This document shows, piece by piece, positions 7,701 to 16,317 of a DNA stretch of 64,000 bases. Below the pieces are notes generated by a model. That model was not told where the DNA came from. It did not search any database and saw nothing but the letters and a program-made list of their open reading frames with translations. Both the position numbers and the translations under genes were made by a program. The DNA is from a virus, in IMG/VR virus record IMGVR_UViG_3300050821_001265, positions 5,111 to 69,110 of that record. The stretch is one strand, 5' to 3'. Every line of letters begins with the position of its first letter. The stretch's first letter is position 1.

Positions 7701-10546
7701 TTCGCACAGGCTACAGTTTCAAGTCAGCTGTTGGGAAAATTCCAGACGTCATCTCGCGCCTTCAAGAAATAGGCTGGACAGTCGCGCCGATAGCGGATAC
7801 AGTCTCCACTTTCGGTTTCTTAGAGTGGACTAGATTGGCCGAGGCTGCAGGTCTGCGTCCAGTCTATGGAGTAGAGTTGGCGGTCTCACCTGACAAGGGG
7901 ATGAAGCGTCCGGAGCTAGATTGGTGGACGTTCCTAGCGAAGACGGACCTACGGCCGCTCCACGACCTTATCGCGTTAGCTACGTCTTCGCCAGGGCGAG
8001 ACGCCGCGCTGTCGTATGACGACGCGATTGATACTCCTGGTCTCTACAAGATTACTGGACCCTTGGTAAAATTGGAAGCGATTAGTCCAATGTTAGATGT
8101 AGACACCTACATCGGGCTAAGTCCTGCAATGCCACGCTTCCTACTCCGTAGCGCGCAAGAAGGTGGGTATCAATTATGCGCTATGTCTGCTAACCGTTAT
8201 CCACGGTTAGCAGACAAAGAATTTTACCGCGTAATGCTTTGGCGGAAGGCCCAGACAGCAACATTCCCGCAGCACATCTTATCGGACGAAGAGTGGCGCC
8301 GATATATGGCTGGTGTCGGTGTCGCGCCAGATTGGCTCGACAACGCCATCACAAATAGAGATAACATTCTGGCGTCTTGTAGCGCTACTCTAAAGAAGGG
8401 AACGATGCTTGTACCTGATAAGCCAATCTCGCTACGCGAGATGTGTTTATCAGGAGCACTCAAACTAGGTGTCGATCTAACCAATCACGTCTACCGTGAT
8501 CGGTTAGATCGAGAACTAGCAATGATCTCATCAAAACAATTCGAGGATTATTTCTACATCGTCTCCGATATTATGCGCTACGCGCGCGAGCAAATGATCT
8601 GTGGCCCAGCCAGAGGGTCAAGCTGTGGATCGCTCGTCTGTTATCTCCTGGAGATAACAGCGATCGATCCAATCCCATTTGACCTTCTGTTCGAGCGATT
8701 TATAGATACAACGCGCTCCGACCTACCGGACATCGATGTCGATTTTAGCGACCAACGTAGACAAATGGTATTTGACTACGTTGAGCGTAAATACGGTGAG
8801 GAGCGCGTGGCGCGTCTCGGGACCGTCGGTACATTCCAGCCGCGCCTCGCCCTCAATAGCGCCGGAACAGCGCTCAAGATACCGAAGTGGATGGTCAATG
8901 ACGTTCTCGACAACATCATTGTCCGTTCGTCCGGCGACGCGCGAGCGCTCCAGCAACTGGAAGATACGCTCAAGGACACGGACGCCGGGCGCAAACTCCT
9001 CGCCCAGCATCCGGAGATCATGGTTGCCGCGGAAATGGAGGGGCATCCCGCGAATGCGGGCCAGCACGCAGCGGGTATCGTAATGACGCAGGAGCCCGTG
9101 CTTGACTTCGTCGCGGTTAATTCCGCGACAAAGTCAGCGATGTGCGATAAGTACGATGCCGAGAGCCTCAATCTTTTGAAGATAGACGCGCTGGGATTGA
9201 CACAACTTTCAATTTTTGAAAGGTGCTTGAGTCTAATCGGTCGCCCAGACGAATACGATTTCTTTAATCGTATCCCGCTGAATGATTCAGCAGCATTCGA
9301 GGTTCTCAATCGCAGACACTATGCCGGCGTTTTCCAATTCATGGGAGGCGCGCTCAAATCTTTGACTCGACAAATTAAAGTCGAGTCACTGAACGATATT
9401 ATCGCGATCACAGCGCTCGCGCGTCCCGGACCGATGGTTACTGGCGGAGCTAACGAGTGGGTGCGCCGGCGCAACGGGACAGAGCCGCCAAACTACGCGC
9501 ATCCGATTTTGGAACCATACCTAAAAGAGACGCTAGGCGTCGTCACGTATCAAGAACAAGTTATGCAAATTGGCCGCGAGATCGGAGACCTATCGTGGGA
9601 GCAAGTCACCGCGCTACGGAAAGCGATGAGCCGTTCGCTGGGCGAGGAGTTCTTCAATCAATATGGCGACCCATGGAAGCAAGGCGCAATGAAGCGCGGA
9701 ATGTCGAAAGAGTTAGCCGACGATTTTTGGAAGGGTCTCTGCGCTTACGGTTCGTGGTGCTTCAATAAGTCCCACGCGGTAGCCTATGGCCTCGTCTCCT
9801 ATTGGTGCTGTTGGTTAAAGGCTCACCATCCAGTTGAGTTTGCTGCGGCTACGCTCGATGCGGAGAGTGATCCCATCCGTCAAATTGCTATCCTACGCGA
9901 GTTGGAGGAGGAGGGCATCGGCTACGTTTCGATTGATAGGGAGCGGAGCAATGCTTTATGGTCACCCGTTCAAGAGGGTGACCATAAATACTTGGTCGGT
10001 CCCCTAACAAACATAAAAGGTTTCGGTCCCGCGACTGTGGAAGAAATTCTTACGATGAGACGGCGTGGGGAATTGCTTCGTCCAGCCGTACAAAAGCGGC
10101 TTGACGAAGCAAAAACCGAGATTGATACGTTGTGGCCGGTGCGAGATCGCATCCATCAACTTTATCCTAATTTGACGGATGCGAACATCGCGACGGAACC
10201 AACGCCAATATCAAACGTCTCCCCGGAGCCAGGATGGCCGTCTCATCTCGTTATAGGCGTGGCACAACGAATAGTTCCGCGCGACGAAAATGAAACGGTG
10301 AAGATCGCTCAGCGGAACGGAAAGAAGATGGCGGGACCTACCGCCTACCTCAATCTGTTCCTAAGAGACGACACAGATGATATATATTGCCGGATTGGTC
10401 GCCTCGATTACGAACGGATGGGGAAGGCGATCGTGGAACGTGGTCGTCCAGGCACCTCCCTCTACGCTGTGAAGGGAACCGTCCCACCCGACTTCCGGAT
10501 GATTCGAGTAGAACGGATCAAATATCTAGGAGACCTTGAACAATGA
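7697..10546 (+). CDS. dnaE: DNA polymerase III alpha subunit (family C)
   Basis: Degenerate PHP domain; GPARGSSCGSLVCY, LLFERF, PDIDVDF, HAAG, KIDALGL, YQEQVM and FNKSHAVAY motifs. Confidence 0.95.
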   Translation: MIRTGYSFKSAVGKIPDVISRLQEIGWTVAPIADTVSTFGFLEWTRLAEAAGLRPVYGVELAVSPDKGMKRPELDWWTFLAKTDLRPLHDLIALATSSPGRDAALSYDDAIDTPGLYKITGPLVKLEAISPMLDVDTYIGLSPAMPRFLLRSAQEGGYQLCAMSANRYPRLADKEFYRVMLWRKAQTATFPQHILSDEEWRRYMAGVGVAPDWLDNAITNRDNILASCSATLKKGTMLVPDKPISLREMCLSGALKLGVDLTNHVYRDRLDRELAMISSKQFEDYFYIVSDIMRYAREQMICGPARGSSCGSLVCYLLEITAIDPIPFDLLFERFIDTTRSDLPDIDVDFSDQRRQMVFDYVERKYGEERVARLGTVGTFQPRLALNSAGTALKIPKWMVNDVLDNIIVRSSGDARALQQLEDTLKDTDAGRKLLAQHPEIMVAAEMEGHPANAGQHAAGIVMTQEPVLDFVAVNSATKSAMCDKYDAESLNLLKIDALGLTQLSIFERCLSLIGRPDEYDFFNRIPLNDSAAFEVLNRRHYAGVFQFMGGALKSLTRQIKVESLNDIIAITALARPGPMVTGGANEWVRRRNGTEPPNYAHPILEPYLKETLGVVTYQEQVMQIGREIGDLSWEQVTALRKAMSRSLGEEFFNQYGDPWKQGAMKRGMSKELADDFWKGLCAYGSWCFNKSHAVAYGLVSYWCCWLKAHHPVEFAAATLDAESDPIRQIAILRELEEEGIGYVSIDRERSNALWSPVQEGDHKYLVGPLTNIKGFGPATVEEILTMRRRGELLRPAVQKRLDEAKTEIDTLWPVRDRIHQLYPNLTDANIATEPTPISNVSPEPGWPSHLVIGVAQRIVPRDENETVKIAQRNGKKMAGPTAYLNLFLRDDTDDIYCRIGRLDYERMGKAIVERGRPGTSLYAVKGTVPPDFRMIRVERIKYLGDLEQ

Positions 10547-10690
10547 ATATCGCAGCAGGCACTTTCCCTGCATCCGTGCCAGCCAACGGGCAAGCGTGAA
10601 AGGCGCGACAAGCTACGGTTCCGGTTCCTGCCGCGATTACTCATACGGCCGGTGAAACTGTAGAAGACTGGCGACTTGAAAGGATAAACA

Positions 10691-11131
10691 ATGAGCGATG
10701 GAGAATTGCGAAAGCTGTTTCGTAAACATCTTCCGCAAGTCCACTGGTCGTCTATTGAGAGCGGACTAACTGAGCCGGGAGTTCCTGATCTGAACGGCTG
10801 CTTCGATGGCGTAGACTTCTGGGTTGAGAATAAGAAGACGAACGCTTGGGCCGTACGAGTACAGCCCGACCAGATCGGTTGGCATCTACGTCATAGCAAA
10901 GACGGTGGACACACCTTCTTTGCTATCCGAAGAATGGCAAAGATCGGACCGCGCAAGGTCGCCGCTGACGATCTATACTTAGTGGCCGGACAAAATGTTC
11001 GGTCACTAAGTGAAGACGGATTGAAGGGGACGCCAATCATCGCTTCGTTCTCCGGTGGACCGGCGCGCTGGAATTGGACTATCGTCCTTTCGATATTCAA
11101 GGGAGACTGGAATGGCGAAGTCAGAGACTAA
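10691..11131 (+). CDS. PD-(D/E)XK nuclease (VRR-NUC/Holliday junction resolvase-like)
   Basis: IE...GVPDLNG...FWVENK...Q..WH motif. Confidence 0.75.
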   Translation: MSDGELRKLFRKHLPQVHWSSIESGLTEPGVPDLNGCFDGVDFWVENKKTNAWAVRVQPDQIGWHLRHSKDGGHTFFAIRRMAKIGPRKVAADDLYLVAGQNVRSLSEDGLKGTPIIASFSGGPARWNWTIVLSIFKGDWNGEVRD

Positions 11132-11318
11132 GTTCGCACCAAATCAAATAGTAAAGGTCAAGGGTCGCGCCGCTCTGGCGAAGATAACATACCCGATGAC
11201 AATTCCCGTTCCTACTATTACTGATAATCAATTTGTTATGATCGACCGTATCATGTACAAATTTATAAACGGCAAGGAGACGTTCTACGCTTGGGAAGAA
11301 GACTTGCGCCTCAAATAG
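11112..11318 (+). CDS. small hypothetical protein (SH3/KOW-like)
   Basis: KFAPNQIVKVK...WEEDL pattern; GGGAG RBS. Confidence 0.5.
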   Translation: MAKSETKFAPNQIVKVKGRAALAKITYPMTIPVPTITDNQFVMIDRIMYKFINGKETFYAWEEDLRLK

Positions 11319-11460
11319 CCCCGAAGCCTGCTTGAACCTCCCGAACCGCCTCCCGGAGCCTCCCACAGGCTCTTTTCGCGCAGAAAAAAGGTCGAAAGAA
11401 GAGACCCGGAATGGACTGGGGAAATTCGCTAGTGGCCTCCGACCCTTATAAGCCTATTTT

Positions 11461-11494
11461 TTCGCTTTTCTTTCGATCCGCTTTCGGGGATAAT
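11461..11494 (+). promoter_or_regulatory. putative early promoter
   Basis: T-rich tract then GATAAT (11489-11494), directly upstream of the structured leader; no canonical -35. Confidence 0.35.
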
Positions 11495-11506
11495 AAAGAC
11501 TGGTTA

Positions 11507-11587
11507 AGCCTCCTAGTCGTCCTGGTTACGCTGAGGCTACGGAAAAAGGTGGGTCTCTCCTAGTCGCCCTGGTTGCGCCGAGGGACC
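11507..11587 (+). repeat. tandem repeated stem-loop CTCCTAGTCGYCCTGGTTRCGCYGAGG x2
   Basis: Copies at 11510-11536 and 11557-11583, 24/27 identical; compensatory T-A to C-G change closing loop CCTGGTT. Confidence 0.85.
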
Positions 11588-11592
11588 TAAAC

Positions 11593-11617
11593 GGGAAAAG
11601 TCCCGGGCTCTTTGAAA
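11593..11617 (+). promoter_or_regulatory. boxB-like hairpin plus boxA antitermination site
   Basis: GGGA-AAAG-TCCC hairpin followed by GCTCTTTGAAA, resembling rrn/lambdoid boxA. Confidence 0.6.
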
Positions 11618-11629
11618 CGACGGATCAGA

Positions 11630-12003
11630 GTTCTCGCCAGCGGGCGGAAGCCGCGCGGAAATTTACCACACCGCGCAGAGCTAGCCGCTGAGTCGAGCAA
11701 ACGGACCCCACTTCTTAATCTCCGACCGGCAGACGGCAACGAGAGATTAAAAAAAGAGGCGCGCGTTTCGGCCGCAGTAGCGAGACCGAAAAGACGTAAC
11801 GCGCTCCGACCGCGAGAACGAAAATCCCGACCCAACCAGCGAACAGTCGAAAGGCCGCGCGAGCGGCGCCACGCTCTCCCACATCGAACAGATCGAATAG
11901 AGAGACGGCGCTTCGCCGCGTACCCGCCGAGTAGACCGCATGGATTGCTGCTGCGTACGCTAGTGAGAGTAGCGTACCTGGGAGCAGCGTGCTGCTGACT
12001 CCA
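11630..12003 (+). ncRNA. large structured 5' leader / candidate ncRNA
   Basis: Nested stems 11630-37/11812-19, 11638-43/11685-90, 11653-58/11671-76, 11715-22/11743-50, 11761-67/11798-804 and 11955-62/11970-77; no credible ORF. Confidence 0.55.
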
Positions 12004-12022
12004 TAACAAAGGAGACTAGCAA

Positions 12023-12226
12023 ATGGACTTCAACTTCAAAGGGCCTGGCCTCGGAACTGAGGCTGGCGCTCGCGCGCGATTGGCTAAAGTTGCTGGCTTG
12101 ACCAAGCAATCAAAGACATTCGTCGCGATACAGAATGATCGCTACTACCCGGTGGTGGTCATTAATCCCGACGATATGTGGAACGCTCGCCACATCGTTG
12201 ATTGTGGCATCTTTGTACTGAACTAA
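12023..12226 (+). CDS. hypothetical early protein
   Basis: Strong RBS AAAGGAGACTAGCAAATG. Confidence 0.7.
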   Translation: MDFNFKGPGLGTEAGARARLAKVAGLTKQSKTFVAIQNDRYYPVVVINPDDMWNARHIVDCGIFVLN

Positions 12227-12239
12227 AGGAGATTAGCAA

Positions 12240-12674
12240 ATGAACACGAAGCGCGAGAATATCATCGAGCGAGGCCGAACCGGTCAAGCGCGACTCACGA
12301 CAATCCGATTAACAGCCAAGGCCCAGCGAGAGGAGAAGACAATGATCCGTAACAACGACAAGACCGCCATCGTCAAGGCTATGCGCGATGGTAGCTTCTT
12401 CAATCCCAAACTCGAAGCCAACCTACTTGATATGAACGGGAAGAAGCGAACGTCCACCTTGGAGTTCGTAGTCAAGGCTCTTAATGCTGGAGGCTACAAT
12501 TTCGAGAAGGGAGAGATCGTTGCCGCCGAGTACGATGGTGTTACAATAACCGGCGACGTGATCTATACGATCAACTACAAAGACGAAATTGGCTTTGACG
12601 ATGTCGATGCCAATAAAGAGACCTGCCACGTTTATGTCAAGTTCGTTGATGGAGAGTGGCGAGCAGACTTCTAA
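12240..12674 (+). CDS. hypothetical early protein (second in-frame start at 12342)
   Basis: RBS AAAGGAGATTAGCAAATG; internal GAGGAG...ATG. Confidence 0.65.
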   Translation: MNTKRENIIERGRTGQARLTTIRLTAKAQREEKTMIRNNDKTAIVKAMRDGSFFNPKLEANLLDMNGKKRTSTLEFVVKALNAGGYNFEKGEIVAAEYDGVTITGDVIYTINYKDEIGFDDVDANKETCHVYVKFVDGEWRADF

Positions 12675-12705
12675 TTCAACCTAACCTAACCAGGAGTAAA
12701 TCAAA

Positions 12706-12954
12706 ATGGCAACGACTCAACTCTACAACGTGTACTCCTCCCGAGAGGATACGTTCCTGATGTCAGCTCCGATGATGGTCATCGCGGCAGCATTCAATCT
12801 TCGCCGGGAAGCAGTCAAGCGTATTGTTATTGAACTCGACACAGGTTTGCCGAGTTCAACTTGCCACTTCAATGGTCGGTCGCCGATGCTGAATCTTGAG
12901 GCGATCAAGGTTACAAAAGGCCGCAGCTGGTATAGTCAAGGAGAGAGCAAATGA
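12706..12954 (+). CDS. hypothetical early protein
   Basis: RBS AACCAGGAGTAAA. Confidence 0.65.
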   Translation: MATTQLYNVYSSREDTFLMSAPMMVIAAAFNLRREAVKRIVIELDTGLPSSTCHFNGRSPMLNLEAIKVTKGRSWYSQGESK

Positions 12955-13733
12955 AGCGCGTTGTTGTTAAGGCAAAGCTGGCCCCACAGGGACAGAGAGA
13001 GGATGACGGCATTCCAGATGACCTGAGGCGTGGGCCGGGTAATTCCCGGCCCAGTTGGTTAACTGGACCGGGAAAAGCTTGCTACGTTCTCTCCCCGGAG
13101 AAGCAAGCGGAGAAGACCCGCGACCAAGAAGTACGCGAGCAAGTTCTAAAGGAGTCACAAGAGCGCAAGGACATTCGCTACAAGAACCGCGTAGCGAAGC
13201 GGCGCTCTACGCCGCGCGACCTAACTGGCCTCGTGTGGAACGCGCGGCGTAATCGCTTCGATGTTGAGGGTCAAATCAATATTGAGCGAGCAATCAAGGA
13301 AAGCGTTGAGGCTAACCCAATCGCGCTCTACAACGATATTGCCGCCAACCTCAAGAACGTCGCGCCCATCAAAGCGAAGGACGCGAAGAAGCTAGACTTG
13401 GTCGCCGCGTGTAAGGAGTTGTGGGACCGGAGCCAACTCCAGCGTCGTACGGGTCTCGTCACGAATGGGAAGGTCAAGGTCAAGACGCCCCGTCCGCCGC
13501 GCCCTCCCGGAGCGCCGCGACCTAAGAAGGAGCCTATCAAGGAGACGGCCAAGATCAAGGTCGTAGTTAAGTCCAATCCGTTCTCGCAAAAGGCGGGTAA
13601 TCGGTACGCGACCTATGAGCTGGTCAAGAAGTCGAAGACCTATGGTGAGTTCCTCAAGAAGGGTGGCGATGCCAAGACCTTTGACAGGATACTCGGATTC
13701 AAAACTATCGCAATCGAGGAGAATGGCAAATGA
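12951..13733 (+). CDS. Lys/Arg-rich hypothetical protein
   Basis: 260 aa; DDGIPDDLRR motif; basic C-terminal NPF...RYATYE...TYGEF domain. Confidence 0.7.
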   Translation: MKRVVVKAKLAPQGQREDDGIPDDLRRGPGNSRPSWLTGPGKACYVLSPEKQAEKTRDQEVREQVLKESQERKDIRYKNRVAKRRSTPRDLTGLVWNARRNRFDVEGQINIERAIKESVEANPIALYNDIAANLKNVAPIKAKDAKKLDLVAACKELWDRSQLQRRTGLVTNGKVKVKTPRPPRPPGAPRPKKEPIKETAKIKVVVKSNPFSQKAGNRYATYELVKKSKTYGEFLKKGGDAKTFDRILGFKTIAIEENGK

Positions 13734-13927
13734 GCGTAATAGAGCGACTGGCCGGTTGTCCTACCGGCGCGACCCTCGCCGCGCTTATCGCGTGCGGGCA
13801 CGATCATAAAGACATTGACCTGGCCGTTAGGAGCGGCCTGGTCAGAATGGAAGTAAGAGACTACGCGAAGCCGCGCGGACTGAAGGTCCGGTGGTACTAC
13901 CTTAACCAAACTACCAACCAGGAGTAA
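13730..13927 (+). CDS. small winged-helix-like hypothetical protein
   Basis: Coupled ORF with GGAG...GCAAATG start. Confidence 0.55.
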   Translation: MSVIERLAGCPTGATLAALIACGHDHKDIDLAVRSGLVRMEVRDYAKPRGLKVRWYYLNQTTNQE

Positions 13928-13932
13928 AGAAA

Positions 13933-14289
13933 ATGGCTACCAACTTGACTATATTATTGGTACTCGTAACCTACTTCATACCAGCCATCGTGGCTGGCGT
14001 ACGGAACCACAGGCAACGTCTAGCCATAAATGTTCTGAACGTAGTCGCCGGCTGGACGCTTATCGGCTGGGTCGTCGCGTTCGTCTGGGCGTGTACGGCA
14101 GACGTACTCCCGAAGGGACCAGCAAGTAAGGGACGAAGGATTGCTAGCTGGACGGTCGCGACTATAGTCGTCACGATTGTCTTCTGGCCAGTTCTTGGTC
14201 CCGTCCTTGGCATATCCTTCGGACCACCAGCGGCACGATCTCATCAGACCACATATTGTAATGCTTCTGGATCGTGTTACTCTAAATGA
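13933..14289 (+). CDS. superinfection immunity protein (T4 Imm-like)
   Basis: YFIPAIVA..R.H....I..LNVVAGWTLIGWVVAFVWA is the Imm_superinfect pattern; extra TM helix follows. Confidence 0.85.
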   Translation: MATNLTILLVLVTYFIPAIVAGVRNHRQRLAINVLNVVAGWTLIGWVVAFVWACTADVLPKGPASKGRRIASWTVATIVVTIVFWPVLGPVLGISFGPPAARSHQTTYCNASGSCYSK

Positions 14290-14558
14290 AGAAGCGTAAG
14301 CCAAAGCTAGACCTAGCCGCGCTCCGCGACCTAGCCTACAAGCGGCAGCGCGGTCTTTGTTACTGGTGTGGGCAAGAAATGATATACCATGGACGCGGCG
14401 AGTTGCCGCGACCGTGGAATAATCCGCGTACTCTAACAGCCGACCACCTAGTCAGGAAGGCAGACGGAGGTAGAACCGACTCAACTAATATCGTCGCCGC
14501 GTGCGCCTGGTGTAACAACCGGCGCCACGATCAACCAACCCGGAGTAAAGCAAAATGA
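14286..14558 (+). CDS. HNH endonuclease
   Basis: CYWC...TADHLV...GG...NIVAACAWCNNRR. Confidence 0.85.
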   Translation: MKKRKPKLDLAALRDLAYKRQRGLCYWCGQEMIYHGRGELPRPWNNPRTLTADHLVRKADGGRTDSTNIVAACAWCNNRRHDQPTRSKAK

Positions 14559-15610
14559 CGAACGAACGTATCATTGATAGAATACAAAAGATGCTACGCC
14601 TCGCCAACGATGGCGGAGCGACGGAAGGCGAAGCTGATGCGGCTATGGCTCTTGCTCAAAAGATCATGGCCGAAAATAACCTCTCCATGGCTACTATCGA
14701 AGCCGCTGGAGAAGCCTCCAGCGACCCGGAGGCCGCCAAGCGGGAGCGCGAGCATCAGAACAAAGGCGCGATGTACCGTTGGCAGCGCTCCTTAATGGCG
14801 TGTCTCGCCAAGATCAACTTTTGCCACGTTACAATTACTCAGGCAAGAGACGGTCGCAGTCGTAACTCGAAAGGTTACAACATCATCGGACGAACCTCCA
14901 ACGTCGTGGCCGTTCAAACGATGTTCGACTATCTTTGCTCGTCGGTAACGCGCCTCATGACCGAGGCGATCAAGGAAGGTGGCCACCACAATCGGTCTAC
15001 CTTCGCGATGACGTTCTGCGAAGGCGCTTCAGATAGACTGATCCGCCGTCTCCACGAACGTCACGAGGAGTATCTGAAGACCCAACGCGAGAAGGCGGAA
15101 GCCGCCAACCGGAATAATCCCGCTGGCCCTTCCGCTTCTAACGCGCTGGTTGTCGTGATGGCCGACTACGCTCAAGACGAAGAGTGGGCCAATTACGATT
15201 TCAGAATGGGCCGTCCGCCCGGAACTACGAAGCGCGAACATATGAAAGCGGAGGCGCGGCGCGAAGCCGCTCGCGCCGAAGCCCAGCGGAAGAAGGCGGA
15301 CCTGATTGCCTCTGGCGTAGACGAGCAGGTAGCAGAGTACATGGCCATCTACGGATGGACGGAAGAGTACACGCGCGACTATCTGAGGAAGCATAGTCGG
15401 AGTAAGCCAGAGACGAAAGCGGAGCGCGAGCGTCGCGAGCGTCAAGACCGGAGGTGGTACGAGCAAAGACAGCGAGACTACGACAAGGCCGCGCGCCGCG
15501 CCAGTGAGCCTGGCTATCGCGCGGGACGCGTGGCGGGTGACTCGATTGGATTAGACCCGCAAGTGAAGCACGGTTCCAATAAACCCAACCCGAAGGAGAT
15601 AGGCAAATGA
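14555..15610 (+). CDS. DUF2786 domain protein
   Basis: IIDRIQKMLRLA....TEGEA.AA...AQKIMAENNL N-terminus; GY..G..AG..I.L C-terminal motif. Confidence 0.85.
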   Translation: MTNERIIDRIQKMLRLANDGGATEGEADAAMALAQKIMAENNLSMATIEAAGEASSDPEAAKREREHQNKGAMYRWQRSLMACLAKINFCHVTITQARDGRSRNSKGYNIIGRTSNVVAVQTMFDYLCSSVTRLMTEAIKEGGHHNRSTFAMTFCEGASDRLIRRLHERHEEYLKTQREKAEAANRNNPAGPSASNALVVVMADYAQDEEWANYDFRMGRPPGTTKREHMKAEARREAARAEAQRKKADLIASGVDEQVAEYMAIYGWTEEYTRDYLRKHSRSKPETKAERERRERQDRRWYEQRQRDYDKAARRASEPGYRAGRVAGDSIGLDPQVKHGSNKPNPKEIGK

Positions 15611-15804
15611 GACCAACAAAGGTCTGGCTCGTCAATTTCTACTTGAGCGAGACCTACGCGCCGAAAGCGATCAAGCAATTGACCGTTCCGGCTAGGACGC
15701 GCCGTGGCGCTATTGCTACCGCGTGTAATCGAACAAAGACTGAGCCGTGGGCGCTTCACGTGAAGCGTTCCACAGCTACCGTTCTCTATATCGTTCCACG
15801 TTAA
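15607..15804 (+). CDS. hypothetical early protein
   Basis: GGAG...GCAAATG start. Confidence 0.55.
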   Translation: MRPTKVWLVNFYLSETYAPKAIKQLTVPARTRRGAIATACNRTKTEPWALHVKRSTATVLYIVPR

Positions 15805-15831
15805 CTCAACCCCAACTAGGAGACTAAGCAA

Positions 15832-16020
15832 ATGACTATCGAAACTGATATGCGGGCGGTAGCTCGCATCATGAAGCAACGCGAGTTGCCGATGAAGGCG
15901 CAATGGAAACTGGTCGGAGGTTTCCTAGCAATAATCGGCCTTGGCTTAGGAGCGACGATGCTCTACGCCCAAACTATCCAACCTCAACACCAACAAATGG
16001 TCCCGGTGGTGTTCAAATGA
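15832..16020 (+). CDS. small single-TM membrane protein
   Basis: Hydrophobic LVGGFLAIIGLGLGATML; strong RBS. Confidence 0.6.
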   Translation: MTIETDMRAVARIMKQRELPMKAQWKLVGGFLAIIGLGLGATMLYAQTIQPQHQQMVPVVFK

Positions 16021-16317
16021 AGCGCCGATTGAAGAAAGTCTTATGGATCGTGCTAGAACTTTTCGCCTGTATACACAACTATTGAAGTAACCCAGGAGTG
16101 CTCAGAAATGAAGAGGATCAAATCAGTGATCCTATGGATCGTGCTAGAACTTTCCGGCTATGGACGGTTTTATCCAACCAAGGATGAAATCAAAAATCAA
16201 AGGTGGCCGCGTTATTGAGAAGTCTTAGCCTCCTGCGCCCTCGTCAGAGGAGGGCGCAGTGGGCGTGGACTGATGCTAGCCATTCCGGTTAGCACGCACG
16301 CTTTGGAGACTACGCAA

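Noticed and set aside
7697-10546. Intein or intron in dnaE
   Set aside because: Motifs are contiguous; no splice-junction motifs or homing endonuclease insert.
11510-11583. CRISPR mini-array
   Set aside because: Only two imperfect copies with a 20-nt gap and no cas genes; the covariation indicates RNA hairpins.
11587-12009. ORFs 11612-11998 (+) and 11587-12009 (-) as protein genes
   Set aside because: Low-complexity Arg-rich translations with no RBS; the region is better explained as structured RNA.
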